Origin: Tubiluchus corallicola
Taxonomy: Eukaryota > Animalia > Priapulida
Reading direction: 5' to 3'
Length of the DNA stretch: 64,000 bases
Assembly (NCBI GenBank): GCA_030141605.1
Contig: JAQGDQ010000773.1
Location: forward strand, 33,962 to 97,961
Both the position numbers and the translations under genes were made by a program. Below the pieces are notes generated by a model. The model worked only from the letters and a program-made list of their open reading frames with translations. It searched no databases and was not told the DNA's origin. Below, one piece after another: positions 1-64,000 of this stretch. Each line of letters begins with the position of its first letter. The first letter of the stretch is position 1.

Positions 1-1299
1 AATAAACACACAAATTCGTGGTAAAATAAAATTTCACTATCTCGGCCAATCATCATAAATAATTTACATAGATAATTACAATTTAAAAATAATATAAAGT
101 AATAAACTCACTAATAAATAATAACGTAATTAATTTATACTCACACAAATTTATTGTAAAAGTGAAAAGTTGACTAATTTCCACAAATGCACGTAAACAA
201 AAAATAACTAAATTATATATTATATAATAATAAATAAACAATGCCTACAAAAGCCATTATTACAAACACGTACAGCGAGCAAGAAAGAAAAAATAAATTT
301 CGCCTGGAAACTACCCCGTTTTTTATTTGCCAAATACACTGCTGTATATCAAAACAAACATGTCATGTGCCAGACTGTTCAATTTTATACAAGACAAGGA
401 AAAATGAATGAAGCCTAAATTAAAAATTAAAGTAACATGCAATAAAAAATGCGTGTCAGTTTCAAAAATGGCCAACAAAAAAATTGTGCTGATCATGTGT
501 TAAATGCACTAATCACAATCGGGTTAAGCTAACTTAGGACAGAAATGAAACAGTTCCACCGAGACTTCACATTCAGTCAACAAACCTATGATCCCACTGT
601 GCGGCAATAATGCTCAAGCAAATCACTGACATTTTGCACTATTTATGAATACTAGAACATTAGCCAACAATAGGCATAGCACGGCATAGGCAGCAATGAC
701 TATGACTCTAATACTACAACACTTTCTTAATAATAGCTTTAAACTCTCAAATTAGTTGCCCCTATGCAAATTGGTTCAGATCATTTATTACCCTACTTTC
801 CTACTATTTTGCCAAAAACACACCAACTTGCAAATGACTTGCTACACGAAAAGATTCAGGAAAATTTTATGGAATGAACCTTTTTCTTGAACGTCTGAAA
901 TTTAAACTTTCAGCAAAATTGTTTGTCCACCGAGAAGTTGCCGCCTCCGAGACTTGCTATCACATCAGCATCAGAGCCGTTTGCTTCCGAAAAAGGAACT
1001 CCTATGTCAGAAGGACCACGGGAGAACGTTCGAAGGCATTTATACATGTGTATGGTTTCCACGGATGATCATTGCAGGTGGTTTCCGGCAGTTGCTAGCT
1101 CTTGGATAACGCTGGAAGCTTTGATTATTAGGCACAGTGACGAAATAACTGACACAATCCATTGAACGGAAGTGCCTACATAGCCAAGCTAAAGTAGTGG
1201 GATGTTAGACGTAAATTGCAGGTAGGAATGAAACCATGCACAAAACTTTCATGGTTAATGGTAAAAGTTATCACAACGCCGCTTCAAGTACAAACGCTG

Positions 1300-56697
<55,398 letters not shown>

Positions 56698-58399
56698 CTG
56701 CAAAGAGAGGAAAACTGTCATATTGAGACAAAGCTGTTTAACATCATCCCATTCCGGTTTGAGCGCCTAATAAATCTTAGCGACGCTTACGACAGTGGCT
56801 CAATGGATAACTTAGCGAAGTACTCATTTCGTTTCGGAAATCGGAAGGCACCATGATAATTTATAGTTCTTTAACCGAGTTCTACGAGCTTAATTATAGC
56901 AAAATCACAAACTTATTCGAAGGAGAATTTTATCGAAATTGGAAATTACATATATTATAAATATACATTTGTAATTGCATGAATACCGCTTTGAACTAAA
57001 TGTCGTGGTTTTTTTAGCTGTCAGATAATTTGCATAATTTGTGAATATCATGCAAGTGAAAAATTTTATACGAATAGATACATCTTTTTAATAATAACTT
57101 CTATCACAGATTTTTCTAAGTAATGTGTTTGTTTTGAAAACCAGTAATTCTAAAATTTGTACATCAGTGTAAATACTTTGTGCTGCTATGTTGGGTCAGA
57201 TATTTTAGTATAATCTGAAAATCATTACCCGAGCTTTGCACGATGATAAAATCATCCAATACACGTTGATTACATAATTTTTTATGTAAAAATGATTTTC
57301 AGAAATAAAATATCTAACTAGCTTTAGGAAATTAGAAGATAATCGTGCCTCATTAAGCACAGAACTGGCTTCCTTTCAAAGTTTTCTAAATTAACAGATC
57401 CCAACCATTTTCAGTCCTACGTTTCATCGATCACAGTAGTAAAATCCTAACATGCCAGCAAGTAATAAGGAGTCGGTTTTTTCTTTTGTTTACCAACTTC
57501 GAATAACGGCAACCGAACGAAAAACTTCACGAAAAACTATGAAGATTCTATATTCCATTTTAAAATGAATTAATTAAGAATCGATGTTCATTGTAGGAGA
57601 AAAATTCTTGCCAAATATATTGTATAAACAAACCCAAATGCAATTTACTCGGAATAAAAAAGCAGAAGTTTATTAAAGGACACATACTGTACTTTGGCGC
57701 TGTTTATGCTGTCGAAATATGGTCAAATTTAACTCTGTCCTAAAATCTCAAACAGTAAACCAAAGTGTAACGATTTAATATAAGAATTTTCGAAATTATT
57801 TCAGTTTACATAAAGTCTACCTGTAAAGTACCTAGGTAACTTTAAAGAACCAGTTTCTTTTGCATGGTTATCCTGTTAATTGCTGCTATACACGTCAAAT
57901 ACAGAACATAAAAAGACAAAACTGTGTGTATTTCAGTAGATTTGTCTAACTCATTTGCTGTAGATCTAGTAATAATGTAAACAATTAGAAAGTAGCCATA
58001 TTCTTGTTTCACCTTCGCTAAATTTTGAAACCTAATTTGTTCCGAAATGATAGAATGCCCAAACTGAAGTCTGACAAGACTCAACGGCCAAGCGAAAACG
58101 TATTCCAGTATTTTCTCTTACAAACTCATTTGATGTAGATCTAGGAATAAAGAAAAACAGTTAGAAAATGTTCGCTGAATTTTGAAACCAAACTTGTTCC
58201 GAAAGGATAAAAACGCGAAAACCCGTTCGATTACGAATTGATCACAATACACACTTCACCAACCAAAAGACTGAAAAGAGTTCTCTTTCTTACGTTAGTG
58301 TAATTACTAACTAATCAGATCAAATATTAATTAAATTAGAGCATGAAGTAACTAATTATTCATAGTCTTAATTCCTAGATTATTTCCTAAAAGTAGTAT

Positions 58400-58865
58400 A
58401 AACCGAAGTTTTAAAATCAAATAAAATTCTATTAAATACAATGGCCCTTACATATGGAATTCAATTGCTCCAGCTATTAAAAATGCCAACTCGCTGTCCA
58501 TATTTAAAAGAAATTATAAATTAAACTTATTTGAAACATATAACTGATCACTCAATCATGATTTGTTGTTTTTCATTTTCAAAAACTTCCCCTCTAGTAT
58601 AATAATATTTTTATTACTTCCCACCCGCATTTATATTTGTATATATTGTAATATTGTATCTGTACATATTGTAATATTGTGTCTGTATATATTGTAATTT
58701 TTTTCGTAACTAATTCTAGTGGCCTACCATAAGCTAGCTTCTTAGGTCTCTAGCGCAGAATTCATGAATTGTATCATATTTTTGTATTAACAAAAACTGA
58801 TTATCGATGCACATGTAATGTATATTTACATGTTTATTGCGAAATAAATCTATAAAATCTAAAAT
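58400..58865 (+). mobile_element. LINE 3' fragment (CR1/L2/Crack-like)
   Basis: IKYNGP...IWNSIAPAIKNANSLSIFKRNYKLNL; AT-rich 3' UTR, AATAAA and a short-repeat tail. Confidence 0.65.
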
Positions 58866-59264
58866 TCAATAATTATTCTGAGTTCATTTCACTAATAATA
58901 AAAATATGTTTTCGAAAATACATCATTGCTATAATTACAACACTGATGTAAGCATTAAGCTGGTAAATATTAATCACAATTTGTGTAGTTTGCTCGCCCC
59001 GGTTGCACTCCTTGTTTATTGCGCAGAAAGGCAGATTATTAGACCCCTGAGATTTTCATTAATCGAGTTGGGTTTCATTAGTATGGACACACGATAACCT
59101 ATAGCTGCAAGCATTGTATACTGCGTAATCTACAATGAGCAACTACCTATAATAAAATGAGTTCTTGTAAGGCTTGTGCATGTATTATGCAAGATGCAAT
59201 GAGAGCTCTTAAAAGGAAGTTTCACAACAACCCAGTTCTTTGTATCGAAGAAGATTCTATTCTA

Positions 59265-62200
59265 AGAACTAGGTCTGACACGGGAATAATCAGTATCGTT
59301 GTTTTTCTTTTTTTGCACGTGATATCACATTCCTAGCTTTCATTCTAGGCTTCGTAACAACAATGTGGTTAAGTCATTGACAATCACCACAAAATTTTCA
59401 GACTGAAGTGGTTTTCAACCAGGGCGTAACTTTGGGTTTTCGGGGTGGGGTGGGAGGGGGGTTAATTGCAGATTTACAAAATTGTCGAATATTGATCTGA
59501 ATAGGGCGTCACACTATCGAATATCATGCACTGAAAATTCATCTTTATTCAAGTTTTAATATCCAACGACATTTAATCTAAAAACTAATTTTGTTCGAGT
59601 TTTAAAAATCCGTCGACATTTTCTACAGCTATTAAATTTATAAAGATCCATTATGAAAATAATCCAGGAAACCCAGAGTAATCGGACAATCTTAGAAAGG
59701 GGTGGGGGGAGTAAAATTCTGATTACACGGGCGCAGTGTATTAAAAATCAGACAATCTATGAAAATAGGGGTGGGAATGACGTTCTCACATATGACGTTC
59801 CCCCATGGTGCATGGGGCAAAAAAGGTTAGGAACCCATGTTTCAGTGCAAAACCAGTAACGAGTTGAACCCATAATTTGGTTAAGTTATAGTAACAAATG
59901 GATGACATATTTTACTAGTGTTGTCAGTGATCTTAAGTGATGGTTCAAGGTCAAACGTTAATATTACTCGAAAACGCTAAGGACTTGGGCAACTAGGCTC
60001 GTGTAACTTATAATAATAGCGGCAACAAGTGTGTAAGAAATATGATGCTAAAGCGTAAAGCAACTGCCGGAATGGCGTAAGTCAGAGCATTAATGTCTCT
60101 GCCCTTTTTGATACATTGCTATCTTGCTGTTTACAGCGCTTGATTGTAATACAAACGCATTTCAAATCTACTCCGCCAGTAAACGCATCTATAACCAATT
60201 TCAAGTCCACTGAGTCAGTCAACATGTCTCTAGCCAATTTCAAGTCCACTCTGCCAGTCAACATATCTCCAGCCAATTTCAAGTCCATTACGTCAGTCAT
60301 CATGTCTCTAGCCAATTTCAAGTCCACTAAGCCAGTCATCATGTCTCTAGCCAATTTCAAGTCCACTACGCCAGTCATCATGTCTCTAGCCAATTTCAAG
60401 TCCACTAAGCCAGTCATCATGTCTCTAGCCAATTTCAAGTCCACTACGTCAGTCAACATGTCTCTAGCCAATTTCAAGTCCACTACGTCAGTCAACATGT
60501 CTCTAGCCATCTTCAAGTCGACTCCACCAATCACCAAATCTATAGCCAATTTCAAGTCCACTCGGCCAGTGAACATGTCTCTAGTTTTATTTCCCATCTA
60601 CTAATCTACATTTGGTGGTGTTGGTGTTGGTGTTGGTGGTGTTTGTTGTTGTTGTTGCTGCTGCTGTTGTTGTTACCGCTGCTGCTGTTGCTGCTGCTGC
60701 TGCAGTTGTTGTTGCTGCTGGTACAACGACTGCTTGCACAATGGGAATACATAGGCGCTACTGAGAACCTACCTGTGATGATTCTGCTGCAGGTGGAGAA
60801 TAATAACAATTATTGTCAACAAGTCTGATAAGTCGTCAATAGTCAACAATAATGATTATTGTCAAATTATGGCAACAAGTCTTATCTTTAAATCGGTTTA
60901 AAGTTTTTATATAGTCTAATAACCCGAATACTTTTGAGCAAAGAGAGAACTAGGTCTGTCACGAGAATAATCAGTATCGTTAGTAATTTTTTTCTTTTTT
61001 CTTTTTTTGCACCTGATATCACATGCCTAGCTTTCATTCGTAACAATAATGTGGTTAAGTCATTGACAATCAACACAAAATTTTCAGACTGAAGTGGTTT
61101 TCAACCAGGGCGTAACTTTGGGTTTTCGGGGTGGGGTGGGGGATGAAATTGCAGATTTACACTTGCAAAATTGTCGAATATTGATCTGAATAGGGCGTCA
61201 CACTATCGAATATCATAGACTGAAAATTCATCTTTATTCAAGTTTTAATATCCAACGACATTTAATCTAAAAACTAATTTTGTTCGAGTTTTAAAAATCC
61301 GTCGACATTTTCTACAGCTATTAAATTTATAAAGATCCATTATGAAAATAATCCAGGAAACCCAGAGTAATCGGACAATCTTAGAAAGGGGTGGGGGGAG
61401 TAAAATTCTGATTACACGGGCACAGTGTATTAAAAATCAGACAATCTATGAAAATAGGGGTGGGAATGACGTTCTCACATATGACGTTCCCCCATGGTGC
61501 ATGGGGCAAAAAAGGTTAGGAACCCATGTTTCAGTGCAAAACCAGTAACGAGTTGAACCCATAATTTGGTTAAGTTATAGTAACAAATGGATGACATATT
61601 TTACTAGTGTTGTCAGTGATCTTAAGTGATGGTTCAAGGTCAAACGTTAATATTACTCGAAAACGCTAAGGACTTGGGCAACTAGGCTCGTGTAACTTAT
61701 AATAATAGCGGCAACAAGTGTGTAAGAAATATGATGCTAAAGCGTAAAGCAACTGCCGGAATGCCGTAAGTCAGAGCATTAATGTCTCCGCCCTTTTTGA
61801 TACATTGCTATCTTGCTGTTTACAGCGCTTGATTGTAATACAAACGCATTTCAAATCTACTCCGCCAGTAAACGCATCTATAACCAATTTCAAGTCCACT
61901 GAGTCAGTCAACATGTCTCTAGCCAATTTCAAGTCCACTCTGCCAGTCAACATATCTCCAGCCAATTTCAAGTCCATTACGTCAGTCATCATGTCTCTAG
62001 CCAATTTCAAGTCCACTAAGCCAGTCATCATGTCTCTAGCCAATTTCAAGTCCACTACGCCAGTCATCATGTCTCTAGCCAATTTCAAGTCCACTAAGCC
62101 AGTCATCATGTCTCTAGCCAATTTCAAGTCCACTACGTCAGTCAACATGTCTCTAGCCAATTTCAAGTCCACTACGTCAGTCAACATGTCTCTAGCCAAC

Positions 62201-64000
62201 CTCAAGTCGACTCCACCAATCACCAAATCTATAGCCAATTTCAAGTCCACTCGGCCAGTGAACATGTCTCTAGTTTTATTTCCCATCTACTAATCTACAT
62301 TTGGTGGTGTTGGTGTTGGTGTTGGTGGTGTTTGTTGTTGTTGTTGCTGCTGCTGTTGTTGTTACCGCTGCTGCTGTTGCTGCTGCTGCTGCAGTTGTTG
62401 TTGCTGCTGGTACAACGACTGCTTGCACAATGGGAATACATAGGCGCTACTGAGAACCTACCTGTGATGATTCTGCTGCAGGTGGAGAATAATAACAATT
62501 ATTGTCAACAAGTCTGATAAGTCGTCAATAGTCAACAATAATGATTATTGTCAAATTATGGCAACAAGTCTTGTCTTTAAATCGGTTTAAAGTTTTTATA
62601 TAGTCTAATAACCCGAATACTTTTGAGCAAAGAGAGAACTAGGTCTGTCACGAGAATAATCAGTATCGTTAGTAATTTTTTTCTTTTTTCTTTTTTTGCA
62701 CCTGATATCACATGCCTAGCTTTCATTCGTAACAATAATGTGGTTAAGTCATTGACAATCAACACAAAATTTTCAGACTGAAGTGGTTTTCAACCAGGGC
62801 GTAACTTTGGGTTTTCGGGGTGGGGTGGGGGATGAAATTGCAGATTTACACTTGCAAAATTGTCGAATATTGATCTGAATAGGGCGTCACACTATCGAAT
62901 ATCATAGACTGAAAATTCATCTTTATTCAAGTTTTAATATCCAACGACATTTAATCTAAAAACTAATTTTGTTCGAGTTTTAAAAATCCGTCGACATTTT
63001 CTACAGCTATTAAATTTATAAAGATCCATTATGAAAATAATCCAGGAAACCCAGAGTAATCGGACAATCTTAGAAAGGGGTGGGGGGAGTAAAATTCTGA
63101 TTACACGGGCACAGTGTATTAAAAATCAGACAATCTATGAAAATAGGGGTGGGAATGACGTTCTCACATATGACGTTCCCATGGTGCATGGGGCAAAAAA
63201 GGTTAGGAACCCATGTTTCAGTGCAAAACCAGTAACGAGTTGAACCCATACTCTGTTAAGTTATAGTAACAAATGGATGTGACATATTTTACTAGTGTTG
63301 TCAGTGATCTTAAGTGATGGTTCAAGGTCAAACGTTAATATTACTCGAAAACGCTATGATTTGGCAACTAGGCTCGTGTAACTTATAATAATAGCGGCAA
63401 CAAGTGTGTAAGAAATATGATGCTAAAGCGTAAAGCAACTGCCGAATGCCGTAAGCTGTAGAGCATTAATGTCTCCGCCCTTTTTGATATTATCTTTACA
63501 GCTTGATTGTAATACAAACGCATTTCAAATCTACTCCGCCAGTAAACGCATCTATAACCAATTTCAAGTCCACTGAGTCAGTCAACATGTCTCTAGCCAA
63601 TTTCAAGTCCACTCTGCCAGTCAACATATCTCCAGCCAATTTCAAGTCCATTACGTCAGTCATCATGTCTCTAGCCAATTTCAAGTCCACTAAGCCAGTC
63701 ATCATGTTCCCGAGAAATATAATTTCATAAGTCCACTACGCCAGTCATCATGTTCAGCCAATTTCAAGTCTACTAAGCCAGTCATCATGTCTCTAGCCAA
63801 TTTCAAGTCCACTACGTCAGTCAACATGTCTCTAGCCAATTTCAAGTCCACTACGTCAGTCAACATGTCTCTAGCCAACCTCAAGTCGACTCCACCAATC
63901 ACCAAATCTATAGCCAATTTCAAGTCCACTCGGCCAGTGAACATGTCTCTAGTTTTATTTCCCATCTACTAATCTACAGTTGGTGGTGTTGGTGTTGGTG
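59265..64000. repeat. 1689-bp tandem macro-repeat, about 2.8 copies, running off the window; each unit holds a 39-bp minisatellite and a (TGT/TGC/TGG)n tract
   Basis: Matching ORFs recur at 59653, 61342 and 63031 (spacing 1689). Confidence 0.93.

Noticed and set aside
60082-60828. DLKLARDM-repeat and poly-S/N/L ORFs as genes
   Set aside because: They derive from the 39-bp and triplet repeats, are open on both strands, and are disrupted in the third macro-unit.

Overview
This is AT-rich, intron-rich animal (invertebrate-like) genomic DNA. Most of the window holds one minus-strand gene for a RIMS-binding protein (RIM-BP/RIMBP2-like; coiled-coil, SH3, three FN3, low-complexity linker, SH3, SH3). 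I traced 30 GT-AG coding exons by hand, with consistent phases, from 56697 down to a stop at 1300 (about 1,814 aa in the window; the 5' end lies outside it). A two-exon GNAT acetyltransferase gene (YitH/HolE-like) is nested on the opposite strand in the 14.4-kb intron. The introns contain non-autonomous DNA transposons (Tc1/pogo-, hAT-, Harbinger- and Kolobok-like), LINE 3' fragments, probable SINEs, an inverted pair of Penelope-type hammerhead-like motifs, and a 1.69-kb macro-repeat. The most unusual pattern is where the many minisatellites come from. Three arrays are tandem copies of the gene's own exon-end plus 5' splice-site junctions. Three more begin within about 45-120 nt of a donor, one sits upstream of an acceptor, and two are amplified pieces of transposon coding sequence. 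All coordinates and family calls come from reading by eye; no database searches were run.
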